A DNA stretch of 64,000 nt from the NCBI GenBank assembly GCA_964626665.1, contig CAZVGK010000010.1, positions 1 through 64,000 on the forward strand. The letters run 5' to 3'. Position numbers and translations under genes: made by a program. The notes below the pieces were generated by a model. The model made no database searches. It was not told the DNA's origin and was given only the letters and a program-made list of their open reading frames with translations. Shown here in pieces: positions 30,370 to 40,800 of this stretch (position 1 is its first letter; each line of letters begins with the position of its first letter). This DNA is from an uncultured Gemmatimonadota bacterium (lineage in GTDB: Bacteria; SM23-81; DAOVCL01).

Positions 30370-31203
30370 TCAGCTCTGAATTTTATGCAGATAATCCCAG
30401 AGAACCATACTCAAACGGGAGAAATCCTCCAGGCTGAGAACCTCCCCCCTCAGGGAAGGGTCAATCCCGGCCCGGGAGAAGACCTCATCCTCCTTCCCCG
30501 GGGGAAGGAGCTCCTTTAAAGCATTTTTGATAGTTTTTCTCCTCTTTCCAAATGCCCCCTTGACTAACTTCCTGAAGAAGAGCTCATCTGGAAGGGGAAC
30601 GGCTGGTTTTTCCCGCACCATTAACCTTAAGACAGTAGCTTCCACTTTGGGCCTGGGCCGGAAGGAGGAAGGGGAGAGGTCAAACAGCTTAGTGGGGCGG
30701 AAGTATAGTTGGGAGATAACCGATAGGGAGCTATAGTCCTTCCCTCCCGGAGGTGAAGTAACCCTCTTGGCCACTTCCTTCTGTAGGGTTAAGACAATTT
30801 GCTTGATCCTCTCCCTCTGAGTAATCAGCTTCTCTATAACCGGAGAGGTAAGATGATAGGGTATGTTTCCCACAAGCTTCAGATTTCTCCCCCAAGGGGA
30901 GAGATCAAATTTTAAGAAGTCCTCACAGAAGATGAGAAGCTTCTCAGACTTTAGGTATTCCTCGAGGATCTGATAGAGACGATGGTCTATCTCTACCCCG
31001 ATCACCTGAGCTCCATACTTAAGGAGTTCTCTGGTGAGGAGACCACTCCCCGGTCCGATCTCCACTACCACATCCTGGGGGACAAGTTGCAGGTTTTGCG
31101 CAATTTTTTGGGCGGCTGCCCGGTTGATGAGGAAATTCTGGCCTAAACTCCTTTTGGGGAGAAACCTTAGTCCCAGTGAGGGGAGCAGAATTCCCCTCCT
31201 CAT
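30370..31203 (-). CDS. rsmA: 16S rRNA m6(2)A1518/1519 dimethyltransferase
   Basis: KRSLGQNFL, VEIGPGSG, GNIPY, QKEVA and KRRKT. Confidence 0.95.
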   Translation of the reverse strand: MRRGILLPSLGLRFLPKRSLGQNFLINRAAAQKIAQNLQLVPQDVVVEIGPGSGLLTRELLKYGAQVIGVEIDHRLYQILEEYLKSEKLLIFCEDFLKFDLSPWGRNLKLVGNIPYHLTSPVIEKLITQRERIKQIVLTLQKEVAKRVTSPPGGKDYSSLSVISQLYFRPTKLFDLSPSSFRPRPKVEATVLRLMVREKPAVPLPDELFFRKLVKGAFGKRRKTIKNALKELLPPGKEDEVFSRAGIDPSLRGEVLSLEDFSRLSMVLWDYLHKIQS

Positions 31204-31982
31204 TTGGCCTTTACCTCCGAAAGAGCAAAGAGCCTAATTGCTGCTTGGGTGGTAGTGGTGACTAAGGTCTCTAGATCCATCCCTTTAGCCAGGGCGATCC
31301 TTTCAGCCACCAGTCTTACCCATTTCGGCTCGTTCCTCTCCCCTCGATGGGGAACCGGGGCCAGGTAGGGACTGTCCGTCTCCAATAGAAGCCTCTCCAA
31401 GGGGACTGACTTGGCTACCTCCAGGGCCTGGGATTTGGGAAAGGTAATCAGTCCGGTAAAGGAGATGTGCAGACCCATAGCCAGTGCCTTTTCCGCCTGT
31501 TCTCTGGTCCCCTCAAAGCAGTGGAGAACCCCTTTCCGCCCTCTGTTCTCCTCCTGGAGAACCCTTAGGGCCTCCTCAACAGCTCCTCTGGTATGCACCA
31601 CTATGGGGAGATTCAACTCCTGGGCCAATTCTACCTGGGCCCTAAATGCCACCACCTGATCTGATTTTGGGGAGAGGTTTCTGTAGAAGTCCAACCCTAT
31701 CTCCCCAATGGCCTTCACTTGAGGGCTCCGGGCAAGTTCCCTCAATTTAAGCAGGTCGCCCGGCTTAAACCCTTTGGCCTCATGGGGGTGAATACCTACG
31801 GCGGCAAAGAGGCCGGCAAACTTTTGGGCAAGCTCGATAGCCATCCGGCTGGAGGGAAAGTCTATTCCAGGGACGAGGATATGGCCTATTCCCACATCCT
31901 TTGCCCTTTGGATAACCTCTTCCCTGTCGGGATCGAACTCGGGGAGGTTAAGATGGGCGTGGGTATCTATGAAGGGTATCAT
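31200..31982 (-). CDS. tatD: TatD family hydrolase
   Basis: DTHAH, GIHPH, GEIGLDF, LHCF and ETDSPYLAP. Confidence 0.95.
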   Translation of the reverse strand: MIPFIDTHAHLNLPEFDPDREEVIQRAKDVGIGHILVPGIDFPSSRMAIELAQKFAGLFAAVGIHPHEAKGFKPGDLLKLRELARSPQVKAIGEIGLDFYRNLSPKSDQVVAFRAQVELAQELNLPIVVHTRGAVEEALRVLQEENRGRKGVLHCFEGTREQAEKALAMGLHISFTGLITFPKSQALEVAKSVPLERLLLETDSPYLAPVPHRGERNEPKWVRLVAERIALAKGMDLETLVTTTTQAAIRLFALSEVKAK

Positions 31983-31999
31983 CTTTCACCTCAAAAAGA

Positions 32000-32176
32000 T
32001 AACAGTCCACCACGGAATCTCACGGAGTGGACCAACATCAATGGTCAATTAACAATTAGCAAGTTAAAATGAAATGAAGTCAGAAAATCCTGAGGTGCAT
32101 GCCATTTTTCATTGATAATTGTTCATTAATCATTGACCATTTCTTCTTCTGTCCGTGGTTATAAGTTGTGAACTAT
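32000..32176 (+). repeat. Second copy of the 30207 element
   Basis: Direct repeat of 30207-30352, ending in ccgtggtt...gtgaacta. Confidence 0.8.
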
Positions 32177-32612
32177 CTGCAAAAAAAGTAAATTTGCCCC
32201 TCCTGTCAAGCTAAATAAAATGAACCGAGGGCGGGGAATAGCTGAACGGTCAGGTGCTCCAATGGTCTCCTCCCCTTTGAGTTCTATCAAATGAGGCACC
32301 AAAAAGGGGAAGCTACCGGAATCCTCCAGTGACTTCCCCTTTATGGAGTGAGGTTTTCAGATGTTTTAGATTCCAAACTTGGCCGTCTGCGGCGGGGTTT
32401 TTTTGACAGGATAACAGGATTTACATGATTTTTATCCCTTTCATCCTGTCAATCCTGTCCAAGAAGTGGGAATTCCTCTACATTCAAGCTGATAGCCGAC
32501 CGCTGACCTCAATCTACGATCCACGAGCAACGAACCCTGGCTGTGGACTTCCCCATTTTCCATTTTCTTACTTCCTGAATCAGGTGTTTGCTAACCGACC
32601 TTTGCTTCCTGC

Positions 32613-32792
32613 TCAGGATCTTTTTGCTTTTACGGATTCAATTCGTTTCGCCTGAAGCAAGATGAACTTCCGACCGCTCTTAACCTCTTGATCTTTGAGA
32701 TCACGGTATATGCTATCTATGTCATAATCAAATTGCTTGGCGTAGGCGTCCCGTATGGCCCGCACCTCTTCAACAATTGGGTCTCGCCACAT
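32613..32792 (-). CDS. 59-aa protein downstream of the PIN gene, probable TA partner (not in the ORF track)
   Basis: MWRDPIVEEVRAIRDAYAKQFDYDIDSIYRDLKDQEVKSGRKFILLQAKRIESVKAKRS. RBS GGAGG lies at the end of the PIN gene. Confidence 0.75.
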   Translation of the reverse strand: MWRDPIVEEVRAIRDAYAKQFDYDIDSIYRDLKDQEVKSGRKFILLQAKRIESVKAKRS

Positions 32793-32796
32793 AAGA

Positions 32797-33267
32797 TTAT
32801 TCCTCCATTAGCTCTTCGGGTGTACAAATCACCGGAGGCTCGTACCCCATTGAGCAGCAGACTGCCTCAATCATATGCCTCATCGCTGCATTAGCAATGT
32901 GCGTACAGTTCCAAGTTAGGAGATAATCCATACCGTTCACGACAGCAATTCCGATATGAAGGGCATCCACCGCCGCTTTCTCCGGTAAGGGGCCTTGGAT
33001 GATTAACTGCTTTGCAAGTGCCTGGGCTTCAGGACTCAATTCCAAGACTTGGATACCTTCCAGAGACTGTAGACGTAACGCCGCTGCTTTTGGATCACCT
33101 CCACCCGCTTCCTTGATGACAATTTGTGAGATGTACAGATCAAACCTATTACGCCCCTGCCACCATTCTCGTGTAATTTTCTGGTGTGCAGCTACGACGA
33201 GATCACTACTCGGCCAACCAGTGAGATAGCCTGCTATGGTTGTTTCAATATAGACCTTCGGTTTCAT
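32797..33267 (-). CDS. PIN/VapC-family toxin
   Basis: VYIETT, DALHI and LLTWNCTHIAN. Confidence 0.85.
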   Translation of the reverse strand: MKPKVYIETTIAGYLTGWPSSDLVVAAHQKITREWWQGRNRFDLYISQIVIKEAGGGDPKAAALRLQSLEGIQVLELSPEAQALAKQLIIQGPLPEKAAVDALHIGIAVVNGMDYLLTWNCTHIANAAMRHMIEAVCCSMGYEPPVICTPEELMEE

Positions 33268-33344
33268 ATCCTATAGCCCAAGATAAAAATATGAGGTATC
33301 GATTTACCAACCTCTACTATCCGATCTAACTGCATTCTAAAATC

Positions 33345-33374
33345 AGTATAAGGAAACATCTCGATGCCTGTCAA
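33345..33374 (-). promoter_or_regulatory. Putative sigma70 promoter of the PIN operon
   Basis: TTGACA-18bp-TATACT on the minus strand. Confidence 0.5.
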
Positions 33375-33826
33375 GCTATTTTTGTCCCTTTACCATATTA
33401 TTTGCCAGCTTAACAAAAACCGCCGAGGCTTTGGCCCCGGCGGTCCCAGAGCGATTAGACCCCTTAACAGCTTCCTCCCCTTGACGGGGGAGGACAGGAA
33501 TAACTCGCATATGCAAATGGCTCAAATCTCAATCAACGATTCTTGTAACAGTCACTAGGGATTAGTTTTTAGGGATGAAGAAAAAAAACATGAAACCGAC
33601 CCCTGACTACTGATCCCTGACTTCCAGCTCCGGCCCTGAAAGGAAGAAACAAGTAGGCAGAACCCTGCTCTGCCACCCACTGTCTACGTATCGGAAATTC
33701 TAAAATTTCCGATACGGTCATCAGGGGGGTTGGGGGAAAGGATGTGTTTTCCCCCATAGGGGCGATAGCCCCTTGGAAGTTAGTGAACGAATGAGCTAAC
33801 TTTCATCTCAAGGCAAATTTGAGGCA

Positions 33827-34084
33827 CTATGGTTTCTCTAAAACCTGGTGTGTCCCCACCCTTCTCAGGATATATATGTCTTCTACCTTTTGAAAGGTGA
33901 AACGATAGCTCCTTGTGACTTTGGCTTCCCAAATTTCTCTGGGGTCCTTCATTTTTTTACAACCTAATGAGGGATAGGAGGGATCTCTTAACAAAAACCC
34001 CAACTGCTTATCCACTCGTTTTTGGATTGGTTGGGGTAGTTTCTGGTAATCTCTTTTAAAAGAGGCAGTAAAATAGAATTTCAT
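33827..34084 (-). CDS. RelE/ParE-superfamily toxin
   Basis: T.SFKRDY.KL, PSYPSL, YRFTF, RRVGTH. Coupled to the upstream antitoxin. Confidence 0.8.
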   Translation of the reverse strand: MKFYFTASFKRDYQKLPQPIQKRVDKQLGFLLRDPSYPSLGCKKMKDPREIWEAKVTRSYRFTFQKVEDIYILRRVGTHQVLEKP

Positions 34085-34362
34085 GCTTGGCTCTTAAGGT
34101 CTTTAAGTAAATCCTTGATGCTATCATAGGGGCCACTTATCCGGCCTTCTTTAATATCCTTGTCTGCCTCTCTCTCCTTTGCCTGCCACTCTTTAGAGAA
34201 AAACCATGTTTGCTCTCTGGGAACCAATTTTTGCGGTAGCAAAAAGATCCCATCCCCCTTTTCCTCTACTCGGAGAATATCCCCTACATTTAAGTTGAGT
34301 TTCCGATAGATTTCCAAGGGGATGGTGACCTGATGTTTTGGTCCAAGCTTAACTATTGGCAT
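34081..34362 (-). CDS. AbrB/MazE-type antitoxin
   Basis: K.QVTIP.EI...L.L..GD swapped-hairpin motif and a Q.WF....WQ..E.EAD.D tail. Confidence 0.85.
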   Translation of the reverse strand: MPIVKLGPKHQVTIPLEIYRKLNLNVGDILRVEEKGDGIFLLPQKLVPREQTWFFSKEWQAKEREADKDIKEGRISGPYDSIKDLLKDLKSQA

Positions 34363-34374
34363 GACTTGCCTCCT

Positions 34375-34429
34375 TAAGGTGAAATTATTTCCTTACTGTA
34401 AGAATAATATGAGAAATTAAGGTTGTCAA
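34375..34429 (-). promoter_or_regulatory. Sigma70 promoter with palindromic operator-like sites
   Basis: TTGACA-17bp-TATTCT (34429-34401). Palindromes cttactgtaag and aaggtgaaattatttcctt lie between the -10 box and the RBS. Confidence 0.55.
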
Positions 34430-35212
34430 GTGAAATATGGAAGACGGAGTGGCCTCGGTGATGTAATTGGACATTACGCAATTCCTTGGAAAATCCGGTG
34501 ACCCCCCTTTCCTCATCAATGGAGGTAGACTCCTTATTCCATGCTGACAGGGCTCCTGCCCTGACAGCCTTCTATCATGATACACGAACCACGCCCCACG
34601 GCTCTGGGCTTCCCCAGTTTCTGATTTTCCAGTTTCTGATTTTCGTCTCTCGTCTCTCGTCTCTCGTCTCTCATTTCTATTTGAGCAGCATCGTCCTCTT
34701 GGGATAGGGCAAGCTTAAAATTTTATGAATGCCCCCTCTTTCCCGCCCTCCGCTTTGCCTTCGAGAGAGACTCCCATTGGTCGGTGTAAGTGAAAGCATA
34801 TTGGGTTGCAACAGAAAAATAGGAAGTGTCCCGAATTTAAAATGGATTGAGAGCGATCTCAGGGGATCGCTACAAATAAGAAGGGAGTTAGAGGCCCTAA
34901 AAACGAGAATATTGAGCAAGGGCTAAATTAGTAATTAGAGGTTTGACCCCAATCTTTGACTATGCTAAAATATCCCCCTTTTTCGAGGAGGGTGTCAACA
35001 AAAAACTTCCCACTTATCCCAAAGTAGGAGGTCCCGTAAAGTAGACAATTGAAACTGTATTTATTTGGCGAAGACGAAGTGGGTTTCCCTTAAAGCCTAT
35101 GATGGCGCCACAATTATGCAAGTCCTTATGCCTCGGGAATTAGTATAGGGCCTAACCTTATTTTATAGCTCGCTTCCATACATCTCAATACAATCCCTAT
35201 ATTCCTCCGTAA

Positions 35213-36730
35213 TCACTTTTCCTTAACCCAGTTTACTCCTCCATCTTTAGTGATAAAAAGCCCTTGTGAAGTTCCAACATAAACCTCGTTGCCGCTTTCT
35301 GGGTTGATAGCTAAGCAGAAAATCTGACCCCAGTTCAGGCCATCTATTATAACATTTGACCAGTTCATCCCATTATCGGTCGTTTTGTAAAGTTCTTCCT
35401 CTGTCGCAAGCCATAATGTCGTTGCCAATTTTGGGTCAATTACAAAATCTTGAACATTTTTGTTCAGGTTGGATAACAGAGTGAAATTGCGACCGTTGTC
35501 TATGCTAATATAAATTCCTCCCAGCAGAGTCACTGCTATTATCGCCTTGTCTGCTGTGGGCGAGATCCTGAGGTATTTCACCCTTGCTGGACTACCGTCG
35601 ATTTTCTCAGACTTTTGGCTGTTCAAGAGAAACCGATATACCGCCTTGTCGGTCGAGAAAAATGCACTATTGCCCTTGGACACTGCGTCATACACAACTT
35701 TGTCCTGAATCTTCACTTCCGGCCAGGTAATCCCACCATCCAGACTTGCCACAAAGACTCCCTTGCCCTCTCCAACTTCTCCTGCGGGGACTCCTGTGGC
35801 AGCGATAACTATCCTATCAGGATCGTTAACATCGAATTTAACCGCATTAAAATGAAGAGTATAAGAACACCCAGCCCAATCTTGAACACGTAAGCCCATT
35901 AACTCCGTTTCTTCCCAAGTCATACCCCCGGAATTTGAAAAAAGCAAGAACTTCTTATTTCTCATAGATGCAAAAGATACAAAAAGTTCTTGTGTGTCAT
36001 TAGGGTTAACCACTAAAAGAGAAATATTGTCCTTTGTCTGTCTGATAGGAATTCTTACATACTCTTCGGCAAGTTTTTTATATATACAACCTGTTGAGCC
36101 TAAAAAATATAGTTTTGGATTCCTAATGGAAAAATGTATCGCATAAATAGTCACTCCTTCGATTGAAGCCTTTTCAACTGCTTTCTCGAGCGCTCCACCC
36201 ACAGCAATAGGGTAAACTTGCGCATCAGTCTTTCCCACATAGGTTAATGGTTCAAGGTTGTGAAAATGTAGTACATACCCCCCTTTAGCAAGCGGCGCTA
36301 AAGGTTTAAGGATGAAAGCGTTGGGCATGTTTTCGATAATGCTGATAGTAAATTGGACCGCTGTATCCGGCAGCCACATATCAACTCTGAAGGGGTCCTT
36401 CCTTATCATTACATCCTGAAACCTATCGACATACTTGAGACAGCTTATTCTCCACTGGGTTGGAGGTTGGGGCTGCCCATAGATTATAAAATAGGCACTA
36501 TCTGAAACTATCACCGATTCGTTGACTTCTTTCAACCCAATAAGGCCTATGGTCATATAGCCAACTAGGTTTTTTTGGACAACCTCTTGTACTTTCAGCT
36601 CCCTTAGCTTTCCCCCATCAACCAAAAAAACACCAAAGTGGTCTGGCTTGGGCATGTCTGCATAAGATTGTGCGAAATAGAGCCACAGAAGTATTGTAAA
36701 TGTTATTAAGCGCCACAAATTTTTATACAT
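35213..36730 (-). CDS. Secreted protein with C-terminal BNR/Asp-box beta-propeller
   Basis: Signal peptide and repeated S.DGG.TW / TDNG.NW motifs. Confidence 0.7.
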   Translation of the reverse strand: MYKNLWRLITFTILLWLYFAQSYADMPKPDHFGVFLVDGGKLRELKVQEVVQKNLVGYMTIGLIGLKEVNESVIVSDSAYFIIYGQPQPPTQWRISCLKYVDRFQDVMIRKDPFRVDMWLPDTAVQFTISIIENMPNAFILKPLAPLAKGGYVLHFHNLEPLTYVGKTDAQVYPIAVGGALEKAVEKASIEGVTIYAIHFSIRNPKLYFLGSTGCIYKKLAEEYVRIPIRQTKDNISLLVVNPNDTQELFVSFASMRNKKFLLFSNSGGMTWEETELMGLRVQDWAGCSYTLHFNAVKFDVNDPDRIVIAATGVPAGEVGEGKGVFVASLDGGITWPEVKIQDKVVYDAVSKGNSAFFSTDKAVYRFLLNSQKSEKIDGSPARVKYLRISPTADKAIIAVTLLGGIYISIDNGRNFTLLSNLNKNVQDFVIDPKLATTLWLATEEELYKTTDNGMNWSNVIIDGLNWGQIFCLAINPESGNEVYVGTSQGLFITKDGGVNWVKEK

Positions 36731-36790
36731 AGTAAATCCTGGGGCGGAGCAACCTATCGGGAAACTCCGCCCCTTTGCTATGAGCCTCGC

Positions 36791-37471
36791 TTACTCTGTT
36801 TTGGTCTGGAGTTTCTTCCTGAAGTTGAACTCAAAACGAGATTTCTCCGTTGGGTTTCCAGCCGCATCGGTCTTCGTAGTGAGGTCGTAGATTGCAATCT
36901 TGAAGATCTCGGCTACCTCCTCCATTTTCATATTGAATGCAATATATCCAGTCCATGTCATATCAGGAAGCACTTCAGTGTTGGGAGTAAGGTACCTGAG
37001 TCTCCTCATATAGCGATGTAATGCTTCACTCTGACCAGCTATTACCTCTTGTTTAGTAAGTGCATTATACACATTTCCCATATCATCCATAAGTTTGATT
37101 ACACTCCCTGTGAATCTCAGAACGTGCCCAGTCCGATTAGTCACAGTAACTCTGGCCTGAACGTAAGGTACACCTCCTTCTGGGGTGGACTCCTGCAAGA
37201 GATATACTGGTACCTCTTTTTCCGTCGGGCCGAAAAGCCCTTTCTCCGTCACTTTAATCTTGGGACGAAGTTCAGGGAATTTGTTCAGGGTCGTTTCATC
37301 AAGCGGATTAACCTCAAACTTGACCCCACTCTTTTCCTGCACATTGCCATACTCACCAGCAGGAACAAACTGCATTAACTGCACTGTTTTGGTGGTAGAT
37401 GCACATCCTACAATACCCACCAGAGCAAGTAGGCAGCAAACAGCGGCGATCTTAAATATACTCCTGTCCAC
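36791..37471 (-). CDS. Hypothetical lipoprotein
   Basis: GTG at 37471 after RBS GGAGGT; lipobox IVGC. Confidence 0.7.
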   Translation of the reverse strand: MDRSIFKIAAVCCLLALVGIVGCASTTKTVQLMQFVPAGEYGNVQEKSGVKFEVNPLDETTLNKFPELRPKIKVTEKGLFGPTEKEVPVYLLQESTPEGGVPYVQARVTVTNRTGHVLRFTGSVIKLMDDMGNVYNALTKQEVIAGQSEALHRYMRRLRYLTPNTEVLPDMTWTGYIAFNMKMEEVAEIFKIAIYDLTTKTDAAGNPTEKSRFEFNFRKKLQTKTE

Positions 37472-37816
37472 TTTACCTCCTTCAGACGTTCTTAGGTTCT
37501 TCATTATGTGAAGTGTTCCCGGGCACACCTCAAAGCCCATATCCGCCATTCCCAAAATCTATCTTATTTCACACCTCCTTGGTTAGGGATTTATCGGTTA
37601 CTGTCACACTTAGAAATGGCAAAAGGTGTTCGATTCACCTCCTTTCTACAAGAATAACCCCCAGGCATTTTTCGCTAACAAAAACAAGTTCATACACACT
37701 TTTCAATTACAAATAAGTATGATACGAGGCGTCTGTCAAGCAAAAAATTTCGACTTTCTGATTGGCAGAAACTCTAGAAAATTACCCCTCCAGCAGTCTG
37801 AAAACTGCAGGTAAGA

Positions 37817-40800
37817 TTATCTCAGCAAGATCATCTTCCTTGTAGCAGTAAAATCCCCTGCCTTTAATCTGCAAAAGTAGATCCCACTGACCACAGCATT
37901 GCCTGATTGGCTACTTGAGTCCCAGCGGACCATCTTATATCCCGCCGTCTGTTTCTCATCCACCAAGGTAATCACCCTTTGGCCGAGGATGTTATAGATG
38001 GTAAGCTCCACATAGTAATCCTTGGGAAGAGCATATCTGATCGTCGTCACCGGATTAAAGGGGTTGGGGTAGTTTTGACTCAGAGAGAAGGTTAGTGGTA
38101 ATCCAGACAAATGTGCGGAAGGCACCGCAACAGGAGGATCCAGCACAATTGTGCTATCTATGCTGCCATCATTACCCACATCAATCTCAAGGACAACCTG
38201 ACTACCACTTAAAGAGTCCCAATTCTGTGGGGTGAACTTATGAGTGGTGCTTTCACCAAGAGAGAAATTAAAATAGAAAGTGGAGTCAACATGAGCCCCT
38301 ATTTTTTGTTCGATCTTAAGATCATAGGTTTTGGGTCCACCCCAATTGATGTAAGAGAAAGAGGCAAGGTCAGGACTGACCACAAAGTTCACGCTATCGC
38401 CAATCGAGATGGAAGTATTGAGCACACTAAAAATGCGCTCACCAGATGTGTCGGGTAATGCCTTAATTAAGCAGGAAGAGTAACTTTTTATCGAATCAGA
38501 GGTAGTGTAACTTGCTGTGCTGATGCTGTCAATATAGGAAACGTAGTCAACCGTAGTGGTATCAACGGATGCCTCCTTGATTTGGAACAGACTCTGATTG
38601 GTAAACTTGCCATACTCATAGTGGCCCGCTGTATCAACGCCAGTTATCTTGGTCGTATAATCAATATCTGATGGCAGCCAAAAGCATTTTGCATAGGTGT
38701 GAACCTCTACAATAGAATCCTGACTCACAAAAGGTACAGCGCTTGCACCAGGAATTTCTTCTACAATCTCGCCATCTCCAAATCCAAGGTGTCTTCCCAA
38801 TTCATCCGTAAAGAGAATATGGGAAGGACCCAAAATATACGCAGTTACATGATCTGGCGAATCTAAATTCAAATCATCAGACTTATCCGCCGCTTTCACT
38901 TTAGAATAGGGTATAAGTTTCAAGGTCTTGCCGTGCCAGTCGAGATCCCCAGGCTTTGCGTAGTCCCATTCGTTGTCTGTAAGGTTTATGATGACTTTTT
39001 GCTCAGACCCATTTGGATATGGATAATTAGGGTCATATACAGATATTTCGCCCGTGTTGCCATTCTGTGTCGCCGCCAAAACGATTACTGCGTGCCCCGC
39101 ACTTAGTACTTTTCCAGTTTTATCAAACCACCAAACGAAGCCTTTATACTTGAAGTCAAACATCTCTAAAATGAAGGGGTCGTAATTGCCATAATTCAAT
39201 TCTTCTTTCACAAAATCGAATACACTAGCAGGTCCTGGCAGGCCTTCCTGCCAGAACCGTCCTACTTGGTACCAGTGATATTTCTCGATTAGATGGTCTA
39301 ATTCTGGAATAAGATCTAGCTCATAGGTGGAATTAGCTTCTTGCCCGACCAAGGACTCATCAGTGACATCAAGATATTCTGTAAAGAAGAAAACACTAGT
39401 CAGACACATGCCAAAGCAGTTACCCAGCGCGTTATTATCCTTAAATTTCTCGAAGAATTCCTGAATTCTCCTTGGAGCTTCCTCTTTGGTAGAATATGGA
39501 AAACCAAAGGCATCCTTAAATTGATCCCAATCATCATCAGGGTTTGGATCACTGTAATTCTCGAAGCTATACCCGTCTCGATTCAGCACAAACTCGCCAA
39601 ATCCCAGAGTGAACATGTGTTCATCCGAGTCCCAAATATAGTCATCGATAGCTTCAGCATAAGCTCGAGCCACAACGGTTCGACAGCCTATCCGAGGTGT
39701 TTCCCAAGAGAACGATCCATCATCAGGAGTACCCTCAGTAATTGACATCCAGTTAGAGCCGTCAGTTGTGTAGTCCAGTCTTATATGGTCTATACCGGTA
39801 CCTTCAGTAGTCCAGGTGATGAAGTAAGTATAGCCACCAACCCAGACTTCTCCACTTTCGGGCGAGATAAGGGTAATGTTGGCCGTTGGTAACTGAAAAT
39901 CCACAGTCGTGGTTTCGTCCTCTACAACAATAACGTCTGCCTCAGTCTCCGTTACATAACCCAACTTTGATGCCCGAACACTGTAAGTTCCTGTGTTGAC
40001 CTCAAGGCTATAGGTTCCCTCTTCTGAGGTTGTTGTAGTATCAACGAGTGTCTCGCCTTGCAGAACTTCAATCAACACATCTGGTATAGGAGGTGCTGGA
40101 GGGAGACGAACTTCTGTAACAGTGCCAGCGATAGTACCTAAACCTAATCCTACTCTATCAAAATAGATTTCCCAATTTCCATCCCTGTTGTCCTGCCACA
40201 CGATGAGCCATCCCTTTTCACCAATAATCGAGATGTCTGGGCTCTTGGAGTCTTCCAGGCCATCGGTTATGGGGATATTTTCCCCAACCACAATATCAGG
40301 GTCATCTACCTCCTGCAGGTAAATGTCCCAGTTGCCATTACGGTTGTCCTGCCAGACGGTAAAGCTATGTGAGCTGGTATCCACTACAATTTTGGGATAG
40401 TAGGAGTGACCTGCCGATCCGATCGAGATTGCATCGTTGACGTCCCTGAGCCATTTAATCTGAGCGTTCTCCTGGAAGGCAACCCAGAAGGCTGTGGTGT
40501 CGGCATAAATAGACGGCCATACGGCATCATCGGAATCATAGATATAACCGTGATGAGTTATGCTTCCAGTGGTGTCTATTCTGCACCAAGTTAACCGGTA
40601 ATCAAACCAGCCAGCATCCCGGCGATAGACCACATTGCTAAATCCATAATTATCGACACAAACATCGGCCTCTATATCTATGGGGTAAACGGTGTCCCAG
40701 ATGTCTAAATTCCCACCTATCTTCTCCCCACTGCTGTCCATTCGGCAGAAGTAAAGAGTTCGTGTGCTTATTTGAAGTTTCTTCCAAACAATGCTGCTGA

